Of a stretch of 64,000 nt of DNA, positions 41,360 to 50,654 are shown piece after piece. The stretch covers positions 928,001 through 992,000 of the forward strand of contig CAVTMK010000002.1 of assembly GCA_963735805.1 (NCBI GenBank). The letters run 5' to 3'. The notes below the pieces were generated by a model. It was not told the DNA's origin and ran no database searches. It was given only the letters and a program-made list of their open reading frames with translations. Numbering within the stretch: position 1 is the first letter of the stretch; every line of letters starts with the position of its first letter. The translations under genes and the position numbers were made by a program. The stretch comes from an uncultured Verrucomicrobiae bacterium. Its GTDB lineage: Bacteria > Verrucomicrobiota > Verrucomicrobiia > Chthoniobacterales > UBA10450.

Positions 41360-41923
41360 ATGGCTCAAACAACTTCAGGCAGACGACCGGACATGCGCAG
41401 GACCGATAAGGCACCGGCGGCAAGGGGCGATACGACAGAGAAAGTCGTGTTCATCAACCGCTGCGCAAAGGTCGTGAAAGGCGGACGCCGTTTTAGCTTT
41501 AGCGCCTTGATCGTGGCTGGAGATCACGATGGAAAAGTGGGATGCGGATTTGGCAAGGCCAACGAAGTATCGGAGGCGATTCGCAAGGCCTCCGAAGCCG
41601 CGCGCAAAGCCATGGAAAAAGTTTCGTTGAACGAAAACACAATTCCGCATGAAGTGATTGGCGAATACGACGGAGCGCGAGTGCTATTGCGCCCAGCGTC
41701 ACCGGGTACCGGGGTTATCGCCGGCGGCGGCGTGCGGGCCGTAGCTGAAGCGGCTGGTATTCGCGACGTGTTGGCCAAGTCACTTGGGTCGAGTAATCAC
41801 GCCAACGTGGTGAAGGCGACGATTGCTGCGTTGAAATCACTTCGACGAAAGGACGAAATTTTTAAAGTTCGCGGAATTCATTTTAGCGATGGAAAAGGAG
41901 ACCAACACGATGCGTCTTCATAA
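41360..41923 (+). CDS. rpsE: 30S ribosomal protein S5
   Basis: [20 protein letters not shown]. Confidence 0.98.
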   Translation: MAQTTSGRRPDMRRTDKAPAARGDTTEKVVFINRCAKVVKGGRRFSFSALIVAGDHDGKVGCGFGKANEVSEAIRKASEAARKAMEKVSLNENTIPHEVIGEYDGARVLLRPASPGTGVIAGGGVRAVAEAAGIRDVLAKSLGSSNHANVVKATIAALKSLRRKDEIFKVRGIHFSDGKGDQHDASS

Positions 41924-42494
41924 TTTGCAACCGCGTCCAGGCTCGCGACATCGCGTGAAGCGCCTGGGCTGCGGCGAAAGTTCAGGCCACGGAAAAACCA
42001 GTGGCAAGGGTAATAAGGGCCAGAAGGCGCGCTCAGGCGGGAGCATTCGCCTGGGGTTCGAAGGCGGACAGATGCCGCTGATTCGACGATTGCCAAAGCG
42101 AGGATTTAACAATGCCGCCTTTCACAAGCGGTACGCGATTGTGAATCTTAACGATCTCAATGAATTTAAGGCTGGAACTGCCGTGAACGAACAGCTGTTG
42201 CGCGAGTTGAAACTCGTCCGCGGTGACTTCGTAGGAATCAAGATCCTCGGTGACGGGGAATTGAAGCACGGCCTGAAGGTGGAAGCCGATAAAGTCAGCG
42301 CTACGGCCCGGGAAAAAATCGAAAAAGCTGGGGGGACGATCACGCTGCGTGATAAAAAAGCGAAACCTGATGCTGCTGTGGCCCGCGAAGCTTCGCCAGA
42401 GGAATCAACACGTGAAGCTGCATCACCAGGGGTAAGAAAGAAAAGATCGAAGACCTCAGGCAAAGCGAAAAAGAAAGCGTCGAGGGAGAGCTAG
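41910..42494 (+). CDS. rplO: 50S ribosomal protein L15 with C-terminal extension
   Basis: [33 protein letters not shown]. Confidence 0.97.
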   Translation: MRLHNLQPRPGSRHRVKRLGCGESSGHGKTSGKGNKGQKARSGGSIRLGFEGGQMPLIRRLPKRGFNNAAFHKRYAIVNLNDLNEFKAGTAVNEQLLRELKLVRGDFVGIKILGDGELKHGLKVEADKVSATAREKIEKAGGTITLRDKKAKPDAAVAREASPEESTREAASPGVRKKRSKTSGKAKKKASRES

Positions 42495-42526
42495 CTTCCC
42501 GGCACATGATGTTTCACACTTAGCGG

Positions 42527-44035
42527 ATGGTTTCGGCGTTTCTCAACACGGTCAAGATACCGGAATTGCGCCGGCGCATTTTGTTTACGCTGGCCGTAAT
42601 CGTAGTTGTGCGATTGGGAGCTGCGATTACGACGCCGGGAGTTAACCAGGGTGTGTTACAGGAGTGGTTTCACACTTCCTTGAGCCAGCGCACTGGAGGC
42701 GGTCTGGCAGCCTTGTTTAATCTGTTCAGTGGTGGAGCCCTGGAGAATTGCGCCGTGTTTTCCCTGGGCATCATGCCTTACATTAGTGCATCGATCATGA
42801 TGCAGTTGCTGACTGCCGTGATCCCGCAGCTTGGCAGACTAGCGCGCGAAGATGGTGGCCGGCAAAAGATCATGCAGTTGACGCGCTACACGACCGTAGG
42901 GTTGTGCATTTTCCAAGGGTATTTGTTGGCGCTGTCATTCCAGCATCCGGAATCATATCACACCATGTTGCCGGGAATTACCGATACCATCAGGAACCTC
43001 GGCATTCCTCTTGTAGATGACCTGGGTTGGAAGTTTCGAATCGTAACTGTTGTCTCCCTGACCACTGGGACACTTCTGTTGATGTGGCTAGGGGATCAAA
43101 TTACCGAACGCGGCATCGGAAACGGGATATCCCTCATCATTACCGTCGGCATTGTTGCGCGGCTCCCAGCCGCGCTCGCGCAGGCGTGGAAGACTTTTGT
43201 GCCGTCAGCGAAAACCGGATCGAGCCAGGTTAATCCGATGGTTCTGGTATTGCTGGTGTTGTTTTTGATCATTGTCATCGCTGCGGTGATAACGATTACG
43301 CAAGGCGTGCGGAAAATTACCGTCCAGTACGCCAAGCGGGTAGTCGGCCGCAAAATGTACGGAGGCCAGACGCAATACATGCCGTTGAAAGTGAATTACG
43401 CCGGCGTGATGCCAATCATTTTCGCCTGGGCGCTGCTTCTCTTCCCAGCCACAATCGTACAGTACGGATTTCGAAATAGCCCTACAGCTGCGCGGATTGC
43501 GAGCGCGCTTTCTACTGGCTGGCCCCATTACGTTGCTCTCGCAGCAATGATTTTCTTTTTCAGTTACTTCTGGGTGGCGACGCAGTTTCAACCGACACAA
43601 ATCGCCGACGACCTGAAGAAATACGGAGGATACATTCCGGGGGTGCGACCGGGGAAACCGACTGCCGATTTTCTTGATTTCACAATGACCCGACTAACAT
43701 TTGCCGGCGCGATTTTCCTGACATTGATAGCGGTGTTGCCAAGTCTTCTGAGCCAGGGGTTGAATGTGCCTATGATCACGGCGCAATTTTTTGGGGGCAC
43801 AAGCTTGTTAATCATTGTGGGCGTTATGCTCGATACGATGCGCCAGGTAGAGACCCACCTTATTCAGCGGCATTACGATGGTTTCTTGCGCAAGGGGCGG
43901 ATTCGAGGGCGATCCTTTGATCGGGCTAGCTACAGTCGCGGTGAGGCGGCAGCGAGTGGCACTCTGATGTGGTTGTACGTGGGGATCGCCGTGCTTGTAA
44001 TCGCCGGTGTCGCCATTTTTCTATACGGTAGGTGA
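42527..44035 (+). CDS. secY: Preprotein translocase subunit SecY (extra C-terminal hydrophobic segment)
   Basis: LGIMPYISASI, GIGNGISL, AGVMPIIFA, IPGVRPG, GGTSLLI. Confidence 0.98.
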   Translation: MVSAFLNTVKIPELRRRILFTLAVIVVVRLGAAITTPGVNQGVLQEWFHTSLSQRTGGGLAALFNLFSGGALENCAVFSLGIMPYISASIMMQLLTAVIPQLGRLAREDGGRQKIMQLTRYTTVGLCIFQGYLLALSFQHPESYHTMLPGITDTIRNLGIPLVDDLGWKFRIVTVVSLTTGTLLLMWLGDQITERGIGNGISLIITVGIVARLPAALAQAWKTFVPSAKTGSSQVNPMVLVLLVLFLIIVIAAVITITQGVRKITVQYAKRVVGRKMYGGQTQYMPLKVNYAGVMPIIFAWALLLFPATIVQYGFRNSPTAARIASALSTGWPHYVALAAMIFFFSYFWVATQFQPTQIADDLKKYGGYIPGVRPGKPTADFLDFTMTRLTFAGAIFLTLIAVLPSLLSQGLNVPMITAQFFGGTSLLIIVGVMLDTMRQVETHLIQRHYDGFLRKGRIRGRSFDRASYSRGEAAASGTLMWLYVGIAVLVIAGVAIFLYGR

Positions 44036-44691
44036 AAAGGCGGCTTGTTCTTCTCGGTGCGCCCGGTTCTGGCAAAGGAACTCAGGCGGAAATGATTACA
44101 CGCCAGTTCGGCATTCCGGTTACTTCGCCTGGCGCTATCCTGCGCCGGGAAAGAGATCTCGGGACGCCGTTGGGAATGAAAACTGCCGAAGTGCTGCAAC
44201 GTGGCGGACTTGTTTCAGACAAAATCATCATCGAACTAATCGAAGACTGGTTGCGCCTGCATGGCGGTCATGGATTCGTATTCGATGGTTTTCCGAGGAC
44301 CCTGAGGCAGGCAGAAAGCTTGATGACCATATTGGCGCGATTGCGCACTGCTTTAGATTTAGCGATCTGGCTTGAGGTATCGGAACAAACCGTGCGTGAC
44401 CGCATCGCTGGTCGACTTCAATGTGGGGAATGCGGCTTTACAACCAGTTCGTCGAGTGCGCAGTTTGCGGAACGCGCTGTATGTCCTTATTGCGACGGCC
44501 CGCTGGTGCGGCGTAGCGACGATGACCTAAGCGTGTTGCAGACTCGGTTGCAAGAGTTCCGCACCAAGACCGAGCCACTGGCAGCTTTTTATGGAAAAAT
44601 GTCGATACTGCATCGGATCGACGGCAACCGCGATCGCGAGGCGGTCTTTAGCGATCTTTCGCGACTCATTGAAAACAAAACCGTGGCATGA
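44032..44691 (+). CDS. adk: Adenylate kinase (Zn-binding LID)
   Basis: GAPGSGKGTQA, DGFPRT, CGECG..CPYC, RSDD. Confidence 0.95.
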   Translation: MKRRLVLLGAPGSGKGTQAEMITRQFGIPVTSPGAILRRERDLGTPLGMKTAEVLQRGGLVSDKIIIELIEDWLRLHGGHGFVFDGFPRTLRQAESLMTILARLRTALDLAIWLEVSEQTVRDRIAGRLQCGECGFTTSSSSAQFAERAVCPYCDGPLVRRSDDDLSVLQTRLQEFRTKTEPLAAFYGKMSILHRIDGNRDREAVFSDLSRLIENKTVA

Positions 44692-45464
44692 TTCCGATCA
44701 AGAACGCGAAGGAAATTGAGATGATGCGGCAGGCGTGTCGCACCGCGAGCGATACCCTGGATCGTGTCAGTGACCTGATTCGCCCTGGTATCACCACGAA
44801 GGAGGTGGATGAAGCAGCAGCAGATTTCATGAGCGACGCACACGTGAAAAGTGCGTTTCTCGGTTATCGCCTCGGCCATCGTGTTTTTCCCGGCAACATT
44901 TGCATCTCGCTCAATGACGAAGTTGTTCATGGAATCGGTAGCCAGCGGCGTATTCAATACGGCGACATCGTAAAACTGGACATTGGCATCGTTCAGGAGG
45001 GTTGGGTAGGGGACAACGCGACTACTGTCCCGGTTGGAGTTGTTGATGAACGGACCGACCAATTGCTGCGGGTAACGGAAAACGCGCTGGCCCGCGCGAT
45101 TGGGGCCGCGCGCGAAGGACAGCGCGTAGGTGATATATGCGCCGAAATTGAGGATGAAGCGCGCCGCTTTGGTTTTTCAGTCGTACGCGAATTTGTTGGA
45201 CATGGGGTTGGGCGCAAAATGCACGAAGAGCCGCAAATCCCCAATTACGGCAAGCGTGGCAGCGGTCCGAAGTTAAAGGCCGGTATGACGCTGGCAATTG
45301 AGCCGATGATTAACATCGGCACTTCTGACGTAAGATTGCTCGACGATGGGTGGACCGTGCGGACGGCGGATGGAATGCCCTCTGCACATTTCGAGCACAC
45401 GGTGCTGATCACGAAGGACGATCCAGAAATTCTGACATGGCGCGCAAAGACGCAATTGAAGTAG
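44688..45464 (+). CDS. map: Methionine aminopeptidase type I
   Basis: [30 protein letters not shown]. Confidence 0.97.
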   Translation: MIPIKNAKEIEMMRQACRTASDTLDRVSDLIRPGITTKEVDEAAADFMSDAHVKSAFLGYRLGHRVFPGNICISLNDEVVHGIGSQRRIQYGDIVKLDIGIVQEGWVGDNATTVPVGVVDERTDQLLRVTENALARAIGAAREGQRVGDICAEIEDEARRFGFSVVREFVGHGVGRKMHEEPQIPNYGKRGSGPKLKAGMTLAIEPMINIGTSDVRLLDDGWTVRTADGMPSAHFEHTVLITKDDPEILTWRAKTQLK

Positions 45465-45655
45465 AAGGCACAGTCGTCGAACTGCTGCCCAATACCATGT
45501 TTCGGATTGCATTGGCCAACGGCCATCGTGTTTTAGCGCATATTTCCGGAAAAATGCGCCTCCACTTCATTCGGATCTTGCCAGGAGACAAAGTTATGCT
45601 AGAGATTTCACCCTACGATTTGTCGAAAGGGCGGATTACCTATCGCCAAAAATGA
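45437..45655 (+). CDS. infA: Translation initiation factor IF-1
   Basis: [28 protein letters not shown]. Confidence 0.97.
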   Translation: MARKDAIEVEGTVVELLPNTMFRIALANGHRVLAHISGKMRLHFIRILPGDKVMLEISPYDLSKGRITYRQK

Positions 45656-45656
45656 C

Positions 45657-45686
45657 AACGCGGAGCCGGCTCCGCGTTTTCCATTT
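45657..45686 (+). terminator. Perfect 22-bp palindrome followed by a short T-tract between infA and rpmJ
   Basis: AACGCGGAGCCGGCTCCGCGTT then TTCCATTT. Confidence 0.55.
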
Positions 45687-45694
45687 CGCGGATT

Positions 45695-45808
45695 ATGAAA
45701 GTACGACCATCAGTAAAAAGGCTTTGTGCCAGTTGCAGGATCGTGAAGCGCAAGAACGTGGTGCGCGTGATCTGCAAAAACCCGCGCCATAAACAGCGCC
45801 AGGGATGA
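45695..45808 (+). CDS. rpmJ: 50S ribosomal protein L36 (below ORF-track cutoff)
   Basis: [37 protein letters not shown], translated by hand; Zn-ribbon C+ form. Confidence 0.97.
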   Translation: MKVRPSVKRLCASCRIVKRKNVVRVICKNPRHKQRQG

Positions 45809-45842
45809 CCGAGTTTAGTTTGTAGTCTTTTAACCACTTGCC

Positions 45843-46238
45843 ATGCCCAGATTATTAGGAGTCGAAATTCCGGCGGACAAACGCATCGAGGCGTCGCTTA
45901 CTTATATTTATGGAATCGGCTTTGCCACAGCCAGGCGCATTCTCGAGCAGACTAATATCGATCCAAATTTGCGAGCGAAAAACCTTACGCCGCAACAGTT
46001 GAACGAAATCATTCATGCGATCACAAACAACAAGGTCAAGATCGAAGGTGATCTGCGTCGTGAAATCCAGGGTAATTTAAAACGTCTGCAGGCAATCAAC
46101 TCTTATCGCGGCATCCGGCATCGCAAGGGCTTGCCCGTGCGTGGACAACGCACTTCGACAAATGCCCGGACACGGAAGGGGCCGCGCAAAACCGTCGGCG
46201 TCGTCCGCAATCCGGAAGCTAAAGCCGGCAAAGTCTAA
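45843..46238 (+). CDS. rpsM: 30S ribosomal protein S13
   Basis: [25 protein letters not shown]. Confidence 0.98.
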   Translation: MPRLLGVEIPADKRIEASLTYIYGIGFATARRILEQTNIDPNLRAKNLTPQQLNEIIHAITNNKVKIEGDLRREIQGNLKRLQAINSYRGIRHRKGLPVRGQRTSTNARTRKGPRKTVGVVRNPEAKAGKV

Positions 46239-46254
46239 ATGACTCATTAGAATT

Positions 46255-46866
46255 ATGGCTGACCCAGAAAGTCCAACCAGTCCAAACCCGGAAGAACCGA
46301 AAACGAGCGAGCCCAAATCAGTGCCGGCTGCGAAGGATTCCCGCGAAGGCGAAGCGGCTGTAGCTTCTAAGACAGACGCGCCGGCCAAGCCTGTAAAAAA
46401 AGCAGCCAAGCAAAAAAAAGAACAGCCAACCGCTACCGCGCCAGCCGCCGCCGAGAATCTTTCGCTTTCTGCTGATAACATCGAGAAGCCAAAGATCGTC
46501 AAAGCCAAAGGTAGCAAAAACGTTCACTCCGGCATCGCGCACGTGCTTTCGACCTTCAACAACACAGTCGTGACGATCACTGACATGAAAGGCAACGTGA
46601 TCGGATGGTCGAGTGCTGGCAAAGTCGGCTTTAAAGGCTCGCGTAAGAGCACTGCCTACGCAGCGCAGATGGTTGCGCAGGATGCCTCCCGCCAGGCAAT
46701 GGGTCACGGGCTCAAGGAAGTGGAAGTCCTGGTAAAAGGGCCGGGAGCCGGGCGTGAATCAGCGGTCCGCGCGTTGCAGGCAGTGGGACTCGATCTCACG
46801 GTGATCCGCGACGTCACTCCTGTGCCGCACAATGGTTGTCGCCCGCCCAAACAACGCCGCGTCTAA
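46255..46866 (+). CDS. rpsK: 30S ribosomal protein S11 with long N-terminal extension
   Basis: [29 protein letters not shown]. Confidence 0.97.
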   Translation: MADPESPTSPNPEEPKTSEPKSVPAAKDSREGEAAVASKTDAPAKPVKKAAKQKKEQPTATAPAAAENLSLSADNIEKPKIVKAKGSKNVHSGIAHVLSTFNNTVVTITDMKGNVIGWSSAGKVGFKGSRKSTAYAAQMVAQDASRQAMGHGLKEVEVLVKGPGAGRESAVRALQAVGLDLTVIRDVTPVPHNGCRPPKQRRV

Positions 46867-46890
46867 CATTTCAACCCTTAAACGAATCTG

Positions 46891-47502
46891 ATGGGCAGAT
46901 ATACTGGACCAAAAACAAGAGTGAGCCGACGTTACGGCGTTCCGATTTTCGGCTCCTCCAAGGCATTGGAGCGGAAGAATTATCCCCCCGGAATGCATGG
47001 CCCGAGAGGCTCCCGGCGCAAACAATCAGAGTATGCGATTGCGCTGGGCGAAAAACAGAAGCTGCGTTATCAATACGGGCTTCTCGAAAGGCAGTTCCGG
47101 CGTATCTTCGAGAGCGCGCTGCGCAAGCGCGGAGTGACAGGTGAGACACTCCTTCAGCTACTAGAGACGCGGTTGGATAATGTCGTTTACCGGCTTGGCC
47201 TCGCTAACAGCCGCAATGCTGCTCGCCAGCTTGTATCACATGGCCACGTGCTCGTGAACGGGCGCGGCGTGAATGTCGCTTCCTACAATGTAAAGGCAGG
47301 CGACGAAATCACGATCAAAGATAAACCGAAATCGCGCATGCTGGTGCTGCGTAACCTTGATCTTACACAAATCGTTCCCGTGCCCGACTGGCTAACCGTT
47401 GATCGCGACGCATTGAGCGGCAAGGTTGCCCGCATCCCAACTCGCGAAGAGATACAGCCAATCGTGAACGAACAGCTCATCGTGGAGCTGTATTCGCGAT
47501 AA
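46891..47502 (+). CDS. rpsD: 30S ribosomal protein S4
   Basis: RYTGPK, EKQKLR, LETRLDNVVYRLG, LIVELYSR. Confidence 0.98.
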   Translation: MGRYTGPKTRVSRRYGVPIFGSSKALERKNYPPGMHGPRGSRRKQSEYAIALGEKQKLRYQYGLLERQFRRIFESALRKRGVTGETLLQLLETRLDNVVYRLGLANSRNAARQLVSHGHVLVNGRGVNVASYNVKAGDEITIKDKPKSRMLVLRNLDLTQIVPVPDWLTVDRDALSGKVARIPTREEIQPIVNEQLIVELYSR

Positions 47503-47731
47503 TAATTCCCTCGAGAAATTCGAGTGCCTTATCATAGCTCCTGCGCTGAAGATAGTGTGTCAGTCGCGGATCCACAGGTTTAGGCAAACGCGTTTGCAAA
47601 GCATCGATTCGTTCTGAAACTGCTTTTAATCGCGCGATGTGCTTTGCTTCATCGCAGCGGCTTTGTTCGTCGCGAATCACCGCGAGGCGTTCTCGTAGCG
47701 CCTGGGCTAGATCGACAAGCGTGTTCTCCAT
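47477..47731 (-). CDS. Small helical hypothetical protein
   Basis: 84-aa ATG ORF with PRLTHYLQRRSYDKALEFL; overlaps the rpsD 3' end. Confidence 0.6.
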   Translation of the reverse strand: MENTLVDLAQALRERLAVIRDEQSRCDEAKHIARLKAVSERIDALQTRLPKPVDPRLTHYLQRRSYDKALEFLEGIIIANTAPR

Positions 47732-47767
47732 TTAATTAAACGGGGTTCATGATCACTATTTCTGACC

Positions 47768-48100
47768 TTAACGGCGATCGGTCTCGGAAAGCAGTTGTCG
47801 TTTCGCTTCCAGCCAATCCGATTCTGCGTCACCTGGCAGCGCGAATCGCCGCCGTCGTTCAGAGATGAAGTAGGCTCGAAGCCGAATCGTTTCGTCTGTC
47901 GGGTCCTGGATTCCCGCTGCCTCGAGTGGCATTGAAACTTTCGATGCGGCCGCGCCTTTACCAGCTGCGGTCTTCCCTGGTTTTCGATTCAAAGTCGCAC
48001 CGCGTAGGCGGCTACCCTTGCCAGTTTTTACTTTAAAAGAGTCACCGGTCTCCGGCGACGTCTCACTTTTACTTTGAACAATTTTCTTTTTTTTCGGCAC
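47768..48100 (-). CDS. DUF2934-like protein with basic disordered N-terminus
   Basis: TDETIRLRAYFISERR...DWLEAKRQL. Confidence 0.8.
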   Translation of the reverse strand: MPKKKKIVQSKSETSPETGDSFKVKTGKGSRLRGATLNRKPGKTAAGKGAAASKVSMPLEAAGIQDPTDETIRLRAYFISERRRRFALPGDAESDWLEAKRQLLSETDRR

Positions 48101-48204
48101 AGATTTTATCGTTGATTGTTTTAATTCGTTTATCGTTCATCGGTCAGATGGCAAGTGCTTTCTCGCACTTCTTTGATCGAGGAGTACATTAGAAACTTTA
48201 CGGG

Positions 48205-48615
48205 ATGAGACATTTTGTTTTTCGCTGGATCGTGACTACCATCGCAGTGTTCGTGGCCGCGCCGATCGTTGGTATCAACTACGGTGACCGTCTCGGCTGT
48301 CTGCTGGGCGCATCGCTCCTGCTCGGTATCATCAACGCTTTTATCCGCCCCGTGCTTTTGTTGCTGAGTCTACCGTTGATTCTCGTCACGCTTGGCGTTT
48401 TCATCTTAATCATTAATGCGCTGATGTTGAAATTCGTAGGCGAGATCATGCCATGTTTTCAAGTTCCCGGTTTCTGGCGCGCATTTTTTGGTGCGATCAT
48501 CATTTCGATCGTTAGCTGGCTGCTCAGCGCATTTTTTCGTGGAAGCGACGGACGCGTTCATGTGCTCACCCATCATACCCAAATCAAGCGTGTCCGTGGC
48601 CGCGTGATCGAATGA
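48205..48615 (+). CDS. YvlD-like 4-TM 'phage holin family' membrane protein
   Basis: GIINAFIRPVL..LSLPLILVTLG..INALML. Confidence 0.85.
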   Translation: MRHFVFRWIVTTIAVFVAAPIVGINYGDRLGCLLGASLLLGIINAFIRPVLLLLSLPLILVTLGVFILIINALMLKFVGEIMPCFQVPGFWRAFFGAIIISIVSWLLSAFFRGSDGRVHVLTHHTQIKRVRGRVIE

Positions 48616-48700
48616 AGGAGCGGTAATCGTAATTCGAGATTCGGAAGCCGGATCTTTCATCGCGCATTAACGCTCGAAGCCGATTTAGCGAATCAACGAA

Positions 48701-49312
48701 TCAGGCGGATCCGCCCAGATACTTACTGAGTCGTGAGCGGAGCTCGGTCCGTGCGCGAAAGAGAACGCTTTTCACAGCGGGAACCGAGAGATCGAGAACC
48801 TCTGCAATTTGCTCGTAACTAAGCTGCTCGTATCTCCTGAGCACCAGTGCCATTCGCTGGGTTTCCGGAAGCTCAAGAATTGCTCCCTCAATCGTTCGCT
48901 GAAGCTCTACTTCCAGGAGGGAAGCATCGGGAGCGGGGTTCGCTTCATCCTTAATAGGCGGATCTTCAGCGCCTGGTTCCGGCTGCAGCGGAACATGTGC
49001 GTGACGCTTGGAACGACGTAGCTCGTTGAAAACCAGGTTACGGGTAATTTTCAATAGCCAGGTCGTGAATTTAGCGCGCGGGACATAGCGCCGAGCACTT
49101 TTCCAAACTCGGATAAAAACCTGCTGCGCAATGTCTTCTACATCGGAATTGCTGCCCAGCATGCGTGCCACCGTCCCGGCCACCAAGGTCTGGTGCTTCT
49201 CAATCAACTCTTCCAGCGCAACCGTGTCGCCTTTGCCGATAAGGCGCATGAGGCGCACGTCATCGGCGTCCTCTTGCGATCTCCCTTTGTTTCCGCGGTC
49301 GTCGCCAGACAT
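48701..49312 (-). CDS. ECF RNA polymerase sigma factor
   Basis: DVEDIAQQVFIRVW, FTTWLLKITRN, LSYEQIAEVL..VKSVLFRAR; start placed at MSGDD. Confidence 0.92.
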   Translation of the reverse strand: MSGDDRGNKGRSQEDADDVRLMRLIGKGDTVALEELIEKHQTLVAGTVARMLGSNSDVEDIAQQVFIRVWKSARRYVPRAKFTTWLLKITRNLVFNELRRSKRHAHVPLQPEPGAEDPPIKDEANPAPDASLLEVELQRTIEGAILELPETQRMALVLRRYEQLSYEQIAEVLDLSVPAVKSVLFRARTELRSRLSKYLGGSA

Positions 49313-49471
49313 CGGTTCATTTAGACGGTTGTCTAAGGCAAAGCTTGCCAGAAAAACAGCAACTAGCCAAAATTCGACCTTCGCCAGGCGGCGTAGCAGC
49401 CATGGTTTTTGTTGCAAGGCCGAAGCTGCCTGTGCATGCTTCGGTTGGCGATGGCTTAGCCTAGCGACCGG

Positions 49472-50617
49472 ATGAATTACCAGCTTATTCCGAAAGAACT
49501 CAGGCCGATTGCAGAAAAAGTCGAGGCGCGTCAGCGGATTTCCGAAGCAGACGCTCTGGCTCTGTATCGGGCGAACGATCTTAACGCACTTGCAATGATC
49601 GCAAGTACTGTCCGTGAGCAAAAGAACGGCAACTACGCCACTTACATTCACAATCGTTACATCAATTACTCCAACATCTGCATCCTATCGTGTCAGTTCT
49701 GCGCTTTTGCTGCCAAAAAGCGCGATGCTCACGCGTTTGAATATGCGATCGACGAGATTATCCGGGTGGTCCGAGACGCGCTTCCCCTCGGGGTCACCGA
49801 GGTGCATATGGTGGGAGGCCTGCATCCATCGCTGAAAAAAGAATGGTATCTGGACCTTTTGCAGCAGCTCCGTGCCCTCGATCCGAACCTTCACATCAAG
49901 GCTTTTACTGCGATCGAGGCGCGCCATTTGGCTCAACGAATTTTTCGGATGCCAATCCGCGATACGTTGGAAACTCTGCGCGCGGTCGGTTTGGGCTCGA
50001 TCACCGGCGGTGGCGCGGAGATTTTCGATCCGGTTGTACGCGATAAAATCTGCCGTGGTAAAGAGACTGCCGCCGAATGGCTCGATGTTCATCGGGTCTG
50101 GCATTCAATGGGCGGCCGCAGCACGTGCACCATGCTCTACGGGCACATTGAGACACTTGCTCAGCGCGTGGATCACCTTCGCCAGCTACGGGAATTGCAG
50201 GATGAGACCCGCGGATTCACGGGCTTCGTTCCTTTCGCTTTCGAACCATCTCAATCCCACGACCTTCTCGCTCAGATTAAGCGCGCCTCTGCCTTCGAAC
50301 AACTTCGCAATCTGGCGGTGAGTCGGATTTATCTGGATAATATCGATCATCTGACCGCTTACTGGGTGAGCCTCGGACTGCCTCTCGCACAGGTGTCGCT
50401 CAGTTACGGAGTGGACGATTTGCATGGAACAATTTTGGAAGAAAAAATCTTCCACATGGCCGGAGCGACTACGCCGCAACAGCAGACCGTTGCCGCTCTC
50501 GAACATGCCATCCGCGAAGCGGGCCGACAGCCCGTACAGCGCGATAGTTATTATCGGCATTTGAATGGCACCAGTCGAGCCTGTCGGCCTAACGAGCCGG
50601 AACAGGCCTGTGCGTGA
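49472..50617 (+). CDS. mqnE: Aminofutalosine synthase (radical SAM, CofH/MqnC-like family)
   Basis: CILSCQFC, EVHMVGGLHP, GGGAEIF, TMLYGHIET, EEKIFHMAG; next to mqnA. Confidence 0.9.
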   Translation: MNYQLIPKELRPIAEKVEARQRISEADALALYRANDLNALAMIASTVREQKNGNYATYIHNRYINYSNICILSCQFCAFAAKKRDAHAFEYAIDEIIRVVRDALPLGVTEVHMVGGLHPSLKKEWYLDLLQQLRALDPNLHIKAFTAIEARHLAQRIFRMPIRDTLETLRAVGLGSITGGGAEIFDPVVRDKICRGKETAAEWLDVHRVWHSMGGRSTCTMLYGHIETLAQRVDHLRQLRELQDETRGFTGFVPFAFEPSQSHDLLAQIKRASAFEQLRNLAVSRIYLDNIDHLTAYWVSLGLPLAQVSLSYGVDDLHGTILEEKIFHMAGATTPQQQTVAALEHAIREAGRQPVQRDSYYRHLNGTSRACRPNEPEQACA

Positions 50618-50654
50618 AAGATACAGCGCAATCAACGGGCGCGCCGGGGAACGA

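Noticed and set aside
48205..48615. Prophage lysis cassette
   Set aside because: YvlD-like 'holin' proteins are common chromosomal membrane proteins, and no endolysin or phage genes are adjacent.
49313..49651. Long N-terminal extension of the ECF sigma ORF (316 aa)
   Set aside because: It overlaps mqnE on the opposite strand and the divergent promoter region; the sigma domain begins near MSGDD.
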